Counted from the whole stretch's first letter, positions 1 through 13,407 are shown. The stretch: 63,692 nt of DNA, filler included, from Octopus bimaculoides (GCF_001194135.2; 5 parts of 3 records of this genome joined end to end with filler, not necessarily neighbours in it); one strand, 5' to 3'. Program-made: numbers and translations. The notes: generated from the letters alone by a model not told the origin.

Positions 1-48
<48 letters not shown>

Positions 49-57
49 TGTGTCTGT
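1..57. repeat. (TG)n microsatellite
   Basis: Direct dinucleotide repeat. Confidence 0.95.
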
Positions 58-107
58 GCTCCTGCATGGCCGCAGTCGAACGACTGAAAAAAGCAAAAGA
101 GTAAAAG
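58..107 (+). mobile_element. SINE family A, 3' end fragment
   Basis: cctgcatggccgcagtc..actgaaa..gtaaaaga matches the 3' ends of the full copies at 37403-37771 and 59130-59415. Confidence 0.7.
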
Positions 108-141
108 ATTATATATATTTATATAAATAGATAGAAAGATA

Positions 142-511
142 TTTTCACTTGTTTCAGTCATTTGATTTCGGCCAATCTGGCGCACTGCTTTGAAGGGTTT
201 TAGTGGAACAATCGACTCCAGAGCTAACGCTTTTAATTCTAGTGCCTATTCCATTGAAATGTTTGCCGAACCACTAGGCTACGGGGACGTGAACACACCA
301 GCATCAGTCGTCAAGCGTTAGAGGTGGACAGACACAGACACAAAGACACACACATAGATATATACATATATAGACATTCAGGGTTCTTTCAGTTTCCGCC
401 TACCAAATCCACTCACAACTGTTTGGCCGGCTCGAGGCTGTAGTAGAAGGCACTTACCCAAAGTAGCATGCAGTAGGCCTGAACCCGGAACCATGTGGTT
501 GGGAAACAAGC
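142..511 (-). mobile_element. SINE family A (tRNA-like head, central microsatellite)
   Basis: Reverse complement of the copies at 37403 and 52500: B-box-like ggttcag, cttgggtaagtgcc, gtgagtggatttggtag..gaaactgaaagaa. Confidence 0.9.
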
Positions 512-738
512 TTTTTATTTCTTTATTGCCCAGAAGGGGCTAAACATAGAGAGGACAAACAAAGGGATTAAGTCGATTACATCGACCCCAGTGCGTAATT
601 GGCACTTGATTTATCGACCCCGAAAGGAGGAAAGGCAAAGTCGACCTCGGCGGAATTTGAACTCAGAACGGAGCGACAGACGAAATACCGCCAAGCATTT
701 CGCCCGGCGAGCTAACGTTTCAAGCAGCTCACCGCCTT
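512..738 (-). mobile_element. SINE family B, tail type 1
   Basis: Reverse complement of 5817-5990 (gagttcaaattccgccgaggtcgactttgcctttc); 3' end ...gggcaataaagaaataa. Confidence 0.9.
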
Positions 739-1338
739 ACCACACCGCCGCGCCTGTGCCTATATATAAGTTAATTTAAAAGTAAAGTTGGAATAATTTG
801 GTAGTGCCGAGGATTGGCAAGCAGGATTAATTGGGCCACCTCTTTCTGTATCATCTGAGTCTATATCATGAGTATTGAAGCGGAGGAGGGGTTTTCTATT
901 GAAATACCATTGTTAGAATAGTTAGAATATAGCATTTTGAAGTACGGGAAATATATAGGAAAGATGTACAAAAACTATATAACGAATAGTTGATAAATAT
1001 TTAAAATATAACATTTTATACCAAAATTTAAAACATAATAATTGAAAAAAACATATTGCTAAAGATTTTAAGATATTGACTTAAAGATTAGAAGATAAAA
1101 TATTATATGAAGTACAAAAATAAGTTCTTTTCAAACGGAAAATATGAAGAATAATGAGAAATACTGATACACCCAAATTTTGCGAATTGAAAAATTGTTA
1201 TGAAATCAAGAACAATCTCAGAAGCGACAAAAGAAATAGATGTGGCAGATAAAATTTGAGAAACTAATAAAAGAATGTTTATAGATGAACTAGTAGATGC
1301 ATCCTGTCAGTTGGTCTTGAATGTAATCTCGCTATAAT

Positions 1339-1540
1339 GTCCCTTCTCGAGCCATATAGACTCATATGAACGGGACGCCGGTCAGTCGCAGGATTACTCA
1401 TTGTTGCCAGCTGAGTGGACTGGAGCAACATGAAATGAAGTGCTTTACTGAAAAATACAACGTGTCTCCCGTTCCAGGAATCGAAACTACAATCGTACGA
1501 TCATACGTCCAACACCTTAGCCACTAAGCTTTGCACCTCC
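1339..1540 (-). mobile_element. SINE family C (tRNA-derived head)
   Basis: Minus strand reads gcttagtggctaaggtgttggac..gtttcgattcctgg..ttcatgttgctccagtccactcagctggc, with A/B-box-like motifs. Confidence 0.75.
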
Positions 1541-2989
1541 TCTGCTAAAATATTGATGGTGACTAAAATCTTAGATTATGTGGGGAGGTGTTGTAATTGA
1601 ACGCCTCGTTCTTGGTATTAAAATAAGTTCTTAATTTTAGGGCACTCTTTAGCACGAGGTCTCTCTGTGAACTACAACACATCTCTTGCTACCTTTGAAC
1701 TAAAGTCTCCCTCATTCTATGATCCTCCAATTGAGTTTGTAATCTACAACCTCCTCATAATTCATAGAAATAGTTTTATTGTTTGTTCTATAAAGCGTGC
1801 TCAAGATTCTAAAACAGGAAAGGGTAATTACTAAGTCTTGATTTGAAATTTCTGTCATGCTAATATAAAGGTTATTGGCTTGTATTGTAGTCTGGGTTGG
1901 TTCTTCTTACCTCTACCATTACCTCATATTTAATAGTCGTTGTCTTTCAGAATTCATTGAGTTGATAAGCAGTTTTGACTCTACAGTGCCAATCCACTAT
2001 CCTAGGTGGTGTAAGGTTATGTGAAAATATTACACGTATCAAGATTAAGTTCACTTAACCCTTTCAGACTTGAGCCCCTGTGTCGAACTTTACTCTCAAC
2101 ATGGGCTCTTCTGTAAAAGAAAAAAACAAATAATAAATAGTTGTATATACAGCTCAAGTATAACGATTGCAGGATTGCAGAGAAAGTAGTAGACAGAATC
2201 AGCTGTATCTTTCTTCTATATGTGTTGTTTATTACCGCTTTACCAGAAATCCAGCAGAGATGACATGTAACCTATTCCAGCTATAGCGGGAATACGGCGT
2301 AATTAAGTTGCTCTCTCTCTCTCTATCTATCTCTCTCTCTCTCTCTCTCTTTCTCTGTGTGTCTATGTGTGTGTGATTTTTCATTATCATTACTCATTCA
2401 CTACAGTTTCTGGGCTTAAACGCAAGGCTGATCGTTTCAAGACAAAAATATTTTTGCTCCTATCAGATCTGCGAGACTTGTTCATGCCCCTGGTGGTCTA
2501 AAATTTTTCTAACATTATGGCTATCCGAAAATTATCTCCCATTCCTTTTCTTTCTTTCTTTCTGTCTTTCTTTTTCTTTTGTTTGCAAAATCCTGTTTAT
2601 TTATTTTTTTCTTTTAGGGAATAATTTCATTTCTGAGGCTCTGTTTGCCTCAGGAATACAAACACACATGCACATGCACGCACAGAATCAGCATATTCAC
2701 TTTCTTGAAATTTACTGTCGTCGACGAACTCAATGTGTTCATATTTATTTAACGTATTATTCTGTTTCCGTCAATGAATGTAACATTCAGATTATAGAAC
2801 GTAATCGCAAATATAGCATCTACGTTAGTCATAAGACTGATAGACGTCGACAAGAAATCGAAAACATAATTTATTCAAGATACAGCAATTATACAATGTA
2901 TTATATAATATTCCTGAGAAAACTGGCAGATAAATATCTATATACGTACATATAGAGACATGTGCATACACCTACACACGCTCACGTAT

Positions 2990-3310
2990 TTTATTGATTT
3001 TGTAGCTTGTCTATTGTATCGCAGCTATGCCGACGATACCACTTTAAAAGGTTTAGTCAAGTATATCTGCTTCACTGTTTATCTTACAGTTTGTTACTTA
3101 TAATATGTATCAATATTTAGCGAACCGCTTCATTACAGTACATAAATATCATCTGTAGACAATTCCGAACATCGTGTGTATGTTGTATAAGAATATATAG
3201 ATATATGATAGGATTTCATATTGTTTCTACCTACCAAAAGTCCTTCATGGTATCAATTGACATTAAGAAGTAAACAATCCTTACAAGGAAAACTGAAACC
3301 AGAGCAACAT
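2990..3310 (-). mobile_element. Degenerate SINE family A
   Basis: Diverged match (gcgaaccgct, gtttctacctaccaaa) to 142-511. Confidence 0.5.
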
Positions 3311-3863
3311 AATTTCAAAGAAAACTTTATAGGCTATGCCTATATTGCTGATATTCACTAGTCAGAGGAACAGTTACAATGCTTCGTTCAAGGGAAACGT
3401 TCGTTCATATGTAGCAATATGAAAGTTTCTCAGATATGAAAATAGGGATGTGATAGAACGTTCTGTATTTTTTAAGGCTTAACAGTGTAGCCGTGTAGGA
3501 GCAGGATAATATTTTTCGATTAACCAATTATTCGATATCGTTCCTTTGTTACTTCTTGATGTAAAAATAAAGACAAGAGATAACAAGCGTATAACAAAGA
3601 AAATTATTTTCAGTTATGTCCCATAATATCCATGTACCTTCAAAACTACGTACGTGAACACAAAATGCTTCAAAAAAATACAATATCAAAATAAATTACA
3701 TACTTTATGGTTCTCGATAAACTTCCAGCCATCATATAGTTTTCAGAATACCCATGAAAATTTCGTGGATACTGCTAGTGTGTGTGTGTCTGTGTGTGTG
3801 TGGTGTTCATTTTTGTGCATGTGTATGCATGTGAGTGACCACGCATGTATGTGGAGGTGTATG

Positions 3864-3912
3864 TGAGTATGAGTATGAGTATGAGTATGAGTATGAGTAT
3901 GAGTATGAGTAT
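3864..3912. repeat. (TGAGTA)n hexanucleotide microsatellite
   Basis: About 8 perfect units. Confidence 0.95.
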
Positions 3913-4354
3913 GTGGCTGTATAGCGACTCAATGGCGTTATTACTTTCTAATACCACATACATTATCATTCAATTCTTAATTTAATTAACACTTTCATGT
4001 TCTCCGTCTGAACAGCCAGTCAAATAGCCAAGACCCAAACACATAATTCGTAAGATAACGTCTGAAAATAAAGTAAATTTACTGCAATCGTAATTTTTTG
4101 AGTCTGTATGCATTTAAATATTCATATATTGAAGAATGTCGTATAATAAATAATTTTGTCGTCTACATAGCTTCATTGGTTTACTGCTTTCAGATAATGA
4201 TTTTGAAAGATCTTTCAAAACTAGCTCAAGATATTTTACAGGATATTTTACACCTTCCCACGTCTCTATAGATAAGCTCTTATGTTCGACCGTATATTAT
4301 AGAAACTGGAACCATATCGTTTCAAACCAAACTTCTTATGACGCAGCCATTCTT

Positions 4355-4560
4355 TCGACTGTGTTAGTCCCCCACCATCACTCGACAACTGGTGTTGTTT
4401 TATTTACGCTCGCGTAACTTAGCAGTTCAACAAAACATGATAGAATAAGTACCAGGCATAACAAATAAGTACAGGCGGTGATTCTTTTTTACTAAACCCT
4501 TCAAGACAGTGTCCCAGCATTGCAATGACTGCAGTGCAATGACTGCAACACATAAAAAGG
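4355..4560 (+). mobile_element. SINE family A, 3' half
   Basis: gacaactggtgttg..gtaacttagcagttc..gatagaataagtaccagg..cccagcat. Confidence 0.8.
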
Positions 4561-4777
4561 AAATATAATGTACATAGTGTATGTGTGTATATTCATTTGT
4601 ATATTCAATATAAATATATTTTTGTATCGATGTCTTAATTTGTAGCGGTTCCAAGAATTTATATTAATCTAATTCTTCTACGAAAATAAGTAAATGTTTC
4701 GATTACTGATTTCTATAACAAAACAAGCATTTTCTTATTATAGCAATGAAAGAAAATACTGTTAACAGAGCAGTCAT

Positions 4778-4778
<1 letters not shown>

Positions 4779-4858
<80 letters not shown>
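4779..4858. repeat. (TG)n microsatellite
   Basis: Direct repeat. Confidence 0.95.
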
Positions 4859-4861
<3 letters not shown>

Positions 4862-5091
4862 CAAACAGACGCCAAAGAAATCGTAGTTGGTCTGCGTTGG
4901 CAAGAATTAAACTATGCATCAATAAAAAGAATAGAGCGAACTTGCCGTGAGAAGTGGAAAATTCAATGTTTTGGACAGTGTCCTCCAAATTATTTTTGAA
5001 AACCTTGGATTTTCCACTCGTCACAACAAGTTCATTGTACACTTTTATCGATTCTACAATCAAATATATGTATACATACATACATACATAC

Positions 5092-5131
<40 letters not shown>

Positions 5132-5816
5132 GGGTACCAAGGCCAAACTATGGAGACTCTTTTTCCTGCAAAAGATGACGTTTTTTTTCTCAATAGTACA
5201 TTTGACCTTGAACAGTTAAGAAATTTGCGTAGAATGTTTGACCTCTGAAACTATGAACGTAAAAACTCTTTTGGGATGGGATGAAATGTGAAACCATTGA
5301 TTTAGCATTTGTCATTATGATACCAAGTGGTTCATCTACAGGGCTACATTATGTTCCCTTACACCAGTTAGCGTTACAAAAAGTAGAGGAAAATATTTCA
5401 AAATAAATCAGTGTCGAGAAGAGGAATGTTTCTGTCAAAAATGGCAGGATTCAGAAAATGTATTTTCGAAGTGAATGTTTGCAGAAACAATTTTATCTTG
5501 TAAATAACGTGCGTGTCTGTTTGTTTGTGTGTGTGTATGTGAGTGTATGTATGTGTGTGCGTGCGTGTGCATGTGTGTAGTGTGTATATGTACGTGCGTA
5601 TGTGGATGTTTCGTGTATGTGTGTAGTCAAACCCATAATTTGAATTCATCGCATGATGAGTCTGCTAGTTCCACTTACCCTATTCATCCTTCAGTGCGAT
5701 TTATATGTCATATTTCCTGGTTATTTTATTGCTAAAACAAGTGATATGTTGGCAATATTCCTATTTTTGTGAAGTATATCAAAACCTGCTGATGTTGTTG
5801 CAATATGTGAGAAATT

Positions 5817-6034
5817 GAAGGCGGCGAGTTGGCAGAAACGTTAGCACGCCGGGCGAAATGCTTAGCGGTATTTAAACTGCCTTTGCATTCTGAGTTCAAA
5901 TTCCACCGACGTCAACTTTACCTTTCATCCTTTCGGCGTCGATAAATTATGTACCAGTTGCATACTGGGGTCGATGTAATCGAGTGGCCCCCACTCCCCA
6001 AAAATTTCGAGCCTTGTGCCTAGAGTAGAAAAGA
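5817..6034 (+). mobile_element. SINE family B, tail type 2
   Basis: A-box-like tggcagaaacgt, B-box gagttcaaattcc, core gtaccag..ctggggtcgatgtaatcga, tail ccttgtgcctagagtagaaaag. Confidence 0.9.
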
Positions 6035-7019
6035 ATATGTAATAAATTGTAATCAAATTCCAATAACTCTGTTATGCTCTTTGAACAAATACTTTTTTCA
6101 TATTATACATTTTGAATGTAGATCTACCTGTTCATTTCTACTTTGGATATATTTCGTTTTCAACAGGTGCAGCGTCTGCTTTTATCTACTAATGTTTTCA
6201 TAAAATTTTATAAAATTCTTAAAAGTTTCACGTAAAGTAAATCTGATAAGATTTAAATCTTTTCAAATAAAGTTTATGTACTTTAGCAGATCAATACTAA
6301 TTCTGTATTCCATACAAATATATTGATACACAATCACTAGAAGTTCTAGAAATAAAGATATATACGGATATATCAGACAGTTGATGAAAACAACTAAAAG
6401 GGGCACTGTTAACATTTTAGCACTTCCATATGTGCCGGATTCAAAGAATTAAATTGCAGATATTTCTTTGAGTATGATTTCTACGTAGGAAATGTAGAAC
6501 ACTATTAAAGAAAGTTTTCCGAATAAAGATGAGCAAATATTTTGGATATGAAAATTGTTGTTATTTTCCCTCGAGTGTTTACTGATTAAGCAAAAGCTTT
6601 TATTTGTCATTTAATCAAAACGGAGAAGATATGCACCCTCGACCATTTTCAAGAATTCTGAGACGGTATGGCAAGTGAGAAGTTAGCCTGAGATCAGTTA
6701 CGTTGCCCCAATACTTGCGACAGGATGGACTCCGATAAAAGTGCCTAGGGCGTTAGATGGTGGTGTTAAACTGGGCGTCTGATTAACATTAACACTCAAA
6801 CTTTGGTGATGATATTAAGTTTAAGAATATCTAAATCTATTTTATTATCTATTTTCTTCTATTTTGTTAATATCGGTGATACTTGAGATTAAAGAAATGA
6901 AACGTCAGCATAAGATTATATTGTTAGTGATATGAGAAAAAGGTTTCGAGGATATCATCAAATCTCAGGAGAAATATTAGCTGACCTACTATTGATTTTG
7001 TAGTTTTATTTTAGCTCTA

Positions 7020-7190
7020 GACCAACAACTATCGAACAGTTGTGCCCGTCCTGTTTTTGCTTAAGATGTAATGTATTCAGGACTCTATTATCCAAGAAAC
7101 ATTTTCACTTCTCTGTTTCTATTTATTGGAGCAATGTGTAAAGATGGGGTAGAACTGAGTGCTATTTCCTGGAGGTCGAGTTACCACAAT
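7020..7190 (-). mobile_element. Dispersed repeat family G (SINE 3' part)
   Basis: Diverged reverse-complement match to 8590-8775 and 60675-60810. Confidence 0.5.
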
Positions 7191-7689
7191 CATTCATATT
7201 TTCTATGGTAATTTTAATTTAAACTGTTATTTTTTCCATCAGCTGAGATTAGTATGAAATGTTTCAAACAAAATTATAACAGACATGTAAAAGTCAAATA
7301 AAAATATTATTATAATATTTTTTTGTTTAAAAACAGTGAACTATATGATTCACTGAACATTGTCTCCTTCTTTACAAATAAACAGCTAAGGAATTAAAAT
7401 AGACAAAAGTATGAATGGAATATTTTCCATTATAAAATTTGAATATTTCAAGAATAACAGTTGTTGATTAATTCATTATTTGATCATATATTTCATTGTA
7501 AATTTATTTCGATTTCTTTTTACTGGTTTCAGTCATTGAACTGCAGTGGTGCTGAGTTAGTACTTTCTAGCTTTAAGTGATTAAATTGATCCAAATATAG
7601 TGGTATTTATTATGGTGATCTCTTAAGTAGACAAAGCCAAGTCTATGCTAAAGAAAAGGGAGAAAAAACTGAAATAATCACTTATTTAA

Positions 7690-7865
7690 CGTAACAATGT
7701 TTTTCAGCCATCCTACGCTTCGTCGAGTCCCAGCATAGTTTCCACACACCTAATTTCACTTGGCTGACACGAGGTTATTGTCCAACATAGTGACCCAAAC
7801 TGTCATGCAGGGAGATCGAACTAGGAAACACTTGGGCGAGTAGTAAACTTTCAAAACATACAGCC
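7690..7865 (-). mobile_element. Degenerate SINE family A head
   Basis: cctaatttcact..gacccaaactgtcatgcagggagatcgaact..aaactttcaaaacatacagcca. Confidence 0.5.
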
Positions 7866-8380
7866 ATCAGTATCTGCGTCCATTTGTCTACAATCATCTA
7901 TATGAAAAAAGTATGCAAAGTTTAGTGTTTCGTCAAAATAGCTTTTTCTAATTTCTAGTTTTGTGATGAATGATCTGAATGATACGAAGGCTGCTACTGT
8001 TCTATGGTTTGTTATTAAAATATTTTCATTGAATGATTATATGTTGTTGTTTAACCTTAAGATAACCCTAGCATCCTCTAATGTTTCCTTTCCTTTTTAA
8101 AAAGTATCAAATAAAGATTTAATGCCGACAACTGAATCGACGTTGTATTTAGGTAAGAAAGATCCAATTTCTGTATTCAATATTATACAACGTAATACTC
8201 ATCAAGTGTTTTCAGACAAGAGCAGAGGTCATCAATGCCTACCTTTATTTTATTAATACATCTTCAACTAGCTATCATCCTCTACTAGCTATTATTAACT
8301 TGTTAAAATTTTCTCTTAACGTTAGCTAACCAATACTACAGGTATGCTCGCAATGAACATGAGGAGGTTTAAAATGTGTG

Positions 8381-8412
<32 letters not shown>

Positions 8413-8589
8413 TGCGTGCGAGTGAGTGTGAAGCTGAGTATTAAAACCTGTTCTTATTTTATGTATTTAATCTGTAATGTATTTCAAATAAAGTAATTGA
8501 ACAGATTATCTAAGTATTATATATCTTCCGTTCTTACAGTCACTTCCACAAGTTGTACGCTGTGTAAAACGAATGGAAGGGTGCCACTA

Positions 8590-8775
8590 CCCGGTAATCC
8601 GACCTGCTGGGAGTAGCAGTCAAATATACCCCAAATCAACTCACTATCTTGATGTAAAAATTAGCATTTATGATACATTAAAGAATATATCATATTTTAA
8701 AATGGCGTGATGGTTGTAACTGAAAAGCTTTTAATGAAAGGTTTGGACTGAGTTGCTCCGAGCTAAACAAGTTTG
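8590..8775 (+). mobile_element. Dispersed repeat family G
   Basis: gacctgctgggagtagcagtcaaat..caaatca.. matches 60675-60810 (gacctgctagaaatagcaacc..ctcaaatcac). Confidence 0.6.
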
Positions 8776-8842
8776 AAGAGTAGGAGCCGAAAAAAGAGTT
8801 TCAACGCGGCTGATCATTATGTTAGAATAGAAGTCAAATTAA

Positions 8843-9286
8843 AGAATTGAATGTATTGTGTAACCAGTCTAATGAAACCTATGATAGAAAGTTTTCAACC
8901 GTCACTATGTCGTCATATCTAGTTCATCATGTCTTTATCTAACGCAGAAGGGTATATTTTGAAGAACTATACACTCCTTGTAACAAGAATATATTAAACA
9001 CTCTTATAATAAGAATACATTAAATGATATGGTCAGGAGTATACAAAAGACGGTATGGTCACGGATGGAGTGCATTTGATCAGAGCACCACTCAATCAGG
9101 ATCCCTCTCAGACTAATAAAAACTATTCACAAGACTGTAAAAAACATCCTTGTTGTCGTTCATCCTTCAAATTATACCATTCTGCGTTAGATAAGAACAT
9201 GACGAACTAGATATGACGCATAGTGAAGGTTGAGAAAATTCTATCATAGGTTTCATTGAACTGGTTACACAAATACATTCAATTCT
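8843..9286. mobile_element. Non-autonomous DNA transposon (MITE), Kolobok-like
   Basis: 122-bp inverted arms 8843-8964 and 9165-9286 (about 89% identical by hand alignment), TTAA on both flanks, termini AG...CT. Confidence 0.75.
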
Positions 9287-9542
9287 TTAAGACCGGATGG
9301 CATCTTAGGTAATTTATTACTGCATATTTCTAATTTCTTCGCCAAGAGATGTACAATGTTGTAAATTTATATAGTGAATCTCTCATCAGTAGTTTAGCAA
9401 GGGTTGTGAAGTCAATGCTTAGATGAGGGATAATAATAGCAAAACATATTCAGAGTTGTCTCCCATATTCACTGAAGAAGTGAAAATGATATTAGTTCAA
9501 TGTCTAATATAATTTGTTTCTTTTTTTCCATTCACATCAATC

Positions 9543-9895
9543 GCAGGAATAGCTGTGTAGTTATGAAGTTCGCTCGCTTTGCAGTCGCAAGGATTGCCGT
9601 TCAGTTCCTCGGTAAACATTGGGTAAAATGTCTTTCACTATAGCCCCGGACCGATTAATGCCCTGTGAGTGAATTTGGTAGACGGAAACTAGTATAGAGG
9701 TTCGATCTTGCAGGCACCTGTGAGTGCATGCGTATGCTTGTGTGTTACTGAGTTTGGTCTGCAGTGCTACACAACCGATGTTCGTATCTTTACATACCCA
9801 TAACTTAGCGGTTCAGCAAGAGAGCCCGATAAATTAAGTAGCAGACTTCCGAAAATTAGTAATGGAGTCGATTTGATCGACTAAACTCCTGACGG
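9543..9895 (+). mobile_element. SINE family A (diverged)
   Basis: gtgagtgaatttggtagacggaaact..caaccgatgtt..taacttagcggttc..gtcgatttgatcgactaa. Confidence 0.85.
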
Positions 9896-10950
9896 AAGGA
9901 ATACTTTATAACATTGTTCTGTTTCACAAGCTACATAGATAAATTACGTGATATTTCACAAATAATAATTACCATAATTTTAAATATGTAAATTGAAGTG
10001 TTGTGACATAACGATTCGAAGGCTATTTCTCAGTATATCATTACATTTTCTCTTTGCAGCAGCTTTTGAATTAATAATTCTGTTGCAGTCAATGAATTGA
10101 ATACAAGTAGCATTTAAAATCTAAATAGAAATTATTATATGGTGAAGAAAACATAGTATTAGGTTATGACCACCATAACTTTAACTTCAGCAAATATAGG
10201 AAGTCTTGATACATTTCGTTCTTGTGGCCTCTTCAGCTAATCAAAATTTCATAGCACTTCGAGAAGCAGGCAAAAATTACACAGTATATGTATAATATTG
10301 GAAATTGGCAAACCCAGAAAAATAGACTTGCTAGCATAATATAAATCAGAGATGCATTCCGTATGAAAAAGAACAGTTATTTTAGTATTGTGACATTTAA
10401 TGATAGGATCATTAATGTCTAACTAGACATAAGTATGTATCGAAGAAAAACCATTGTTTCCCCGTACCTACTGAATTTACTAAATAGTTTTTTTGCTGTT
10501 TAATCAGGAAGAAAGGATAATGCTCACAGGGTCTCCGAAACTACCGAGAGGAAAGGAGTAATATATCCTGAAACCAAAAACCTGAAAAGAATGCTTCCAA
10601 CAGAATAGGGTCTTCGAAAGGCATCAAAGAACAAGGTGATAGTGACCAAAAGGTAAACCCAGTTTACAGCCCATGTTTACGTCTTTGAGCTCGAAAGCAA
10701 AGAACTGAAACAAATACCGCAAGCCAGCCCGTCCGAGGCACTAATGATTTCGCCAGTTCACCGTTTTAGGCTGATATTTTATTTACCAGCCTTGGAAGGA
10801 TGGAAGACTAAATTGAACTCTATGCAGACTGCATGTCACAAGACATTTCGCCAAATACCGTTACGACTAGGCTAGAGAGCTGTGCAGAGAATGAATAACT
10901 CAGAGGCACCTTCTGCATGAAAATAGACAATCACTATCAAATAGATAATC

Positions 10951-11140
10951 GGTTTCAAATTTTGGCACAAGGCTAACAAGTTCAGGGGAGGAGTAAAGTC
11001 GATTACATCATCGACCCCTGTACTACTAAAGTATGAAAGACATGGTCGATCTCAGCAAAATTTGAACTCAGAATGCAAAGACAGACGAAATGCTAAGCAT
11101 TTTACCCGGCGTACTGTCGATCATGCCAGCTCGCTGCCTT
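10951..11140 (-). mobile_element. SINE family B, tail type 3
   Basis: tttcaaattttggcacaagg..gtcgattacatc..tttgaactcagaa..gccagctcgctgcctt. Confidence 0.85.
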
Positions 11141-11557
11141 CATTAAATGGATGATTAGAAGCTATTATATATTGAGGAAAAATCATCTGATACGGCGAAT
11201 TAACAGAGCAGCAGTGATATTAATTTAAAATCATCCATTGACTGAAAAGTCAACAATTCTTATTTTGTCTGTGAGACTTTCTTTCACTTAAATGCCAATG
11301 AGTATTGACATTTATGTGAACATGTTACAGAAGTAAATATCAATAACGGATTAAATAGACATCATTTTTAAAATGTTAGTATCTTGCCGTATGTACGAGT
11401 CATCATAAAAACATGGATCAAATTAACAGTACTAATTATACTGATACTCTTCACGCATATCTTTATGCGTTAGTATTTATGCGTTGTGAGATCTACTGTT
11501 CTGGAAAAGAACTATTTCATACTATCTGGAAAATTAATAAATTCTCATGACGTCAAC

Positions 11558-11617
11558 TATGTATGTATGTATGTATGTATGTATGTATGTATGTATGTAT
11601 GTATGTATGTATGTATG

Positions 11618-11656
<39 letters not shown>
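11558..11656. repeat. (TATG)n(TA)n compound microsatellite before a gap
   Basis: Direct repeat. Confidence 0.95.
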
Positions 11657-11700
11657 NNNNNNNNNNNNNNNNNNNNNNNNNNNNNNNNNNNNNNNNNNNN

Positions 11701-11766
<66 letters not shown>

Positions 11767-11792
11767 TACAGACAGACAGACAGAGAAATAAG

Positions 11793-11863
<71 letters not shown>

Positions 11864-12252
11864 CTATATGTGTCTGTCTCTATGTATGTAAATCTAAATA
11901 ATTACTAGGTTGTACCAAGCACCTGCACACTTATATTCTACTAAATTTGCTCCCAACAATTATTTCTTTATATATGTTATAGAAATCTAATTCTTTCTTC
12001 AGTTGCTGTTAAAAAAAGAAGAAGTATCCTTATCTCGACTCTGTTGAGATCGAAAGAAATTAAGTCAAATATTGATTCTTCCATCCCGTTAATGTAATTA
12101 TAATAATGCTTGCTCGCATAATGCAACCGCAAAATTGATCTGGAGATTTTCTTAATAAGCTGCAATACTTAAAACGTATTCGTTAAACATTAAACATTTG
12201 TAATGTATCGTTTTATTGGAGTTCATTTTCTTCTTTTGACTAGTGTATTTAG

Positions 12253-12285
<33 letters not shown>

Positions 12286-13179
12286 CATATATACATATAC
12301 ACCTACATTATATGAAAATATATATATATACATATATATATATATANNNNNNNNNNTTTGGTCTATTATTGATTTAGTCAGAAATTATTAAGTGAATACT
12401 CACAAAAGCATTTATATTCTGATTTCTGTATTTCTTCTCGATGTTTTAATATTCATTTGGATCGCTATATCCTATACTCTCTATTCTTATTTTTGAATTA
12501 ACGTTACAAAACAAATATATAAAACCGGCTGTTCTCTTTCATATACTTGAATCAATCCGTCGTTGAATTCATAACCAGAATCCGACTGACTTCTATCTTA
12601 TTTTTTTTCTTTTCTTTGTTCCTAATGAAATTTGATATATCCTGTTCATAGTACATCAGATATTGCACTTATTTATTACAACAGCACTTGCTTCAAACCT
12701 TAGGCTCTATGCAACTCCATTTGAAATATTCTCTTTAAATATAATAAAAAAATTACCTTTGTGAATAGGTCTTGTTTCTCTAAGTGTCACTACTTCCAAA
12801 TCTTTCAAGTATTATTTTAAGATTATTTATCTAATCGTTTAAATTTCTCTTTTTAGCTATATTCAAAAGATAATCTGTATTGAAACGTTTCGCGATATTT
12901 CTTTCATTTATTTGTTAATGTTTTCAAATGCTATTCAGAATCTCGCACTTTCTTTATGTTAATCTTGTGCTAGGTTACTCTTTTGATGTGTTGCTTTTTC
13001 ATTATGCTATTATGTTTGTTACCTTGCAACAGCAAAGTAATGACAGTGTTATGCATCAATATGTATATTTACAGTAGAATTATAACTACAACAAGCTTTC
13101 ATTTAAGGTGATATTTGAAGAGGAAATCATATTGGCAAAAGCTCTCTCCGAGAACGTTAAAGTTAGAGAGAGAGACAAT

Positions 13180-13228
<49 letters not shown>

Positions 13229-13367
13229 CGAGAGAGAGAGAGAGGGAGAAAGAACGAGTGTGTGAGAGAGAGAGAGGAGGAGAGAGAGAGAGAGAGACAT
13301 AGAGAGAGAGAGAGAGAGACATAGAGAGAGAGAGAGAGACATAGAGAGAGAGAGAGAGACATAGAGA

Positions 13368-13406
<39 letters not shown>

Positions 13407-13407
13407 C
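13180..13407. repeat. (TG)n(AG)n compound microsatellite with 20-22 bp higher-order (AG)nACAT units
   Basis: ACAT interruptions at 13297, 13319, 13339 and 13359. Confidence 0.9.

Noticed and set aside
495-779. 94-aa ORF and similar ORFs at 42450, 45709, 47220 and 50689
   Set aside because: Chance open frames through SINE sequences
5817-5910. tRNA genes at the heads of SINE A, B and C
   Set aside because: A/B-box-like motifs only; no cloverleaf could be folded; they continue into SINE bodies
6168-8595. Isolated plus-strand acceptor sites (about 6168 and 8540) and a minus-strand donor at about 13665
   Set aside because: Short frames, no partner exons or recognisable homology; expected by chance in AT-rich DNA
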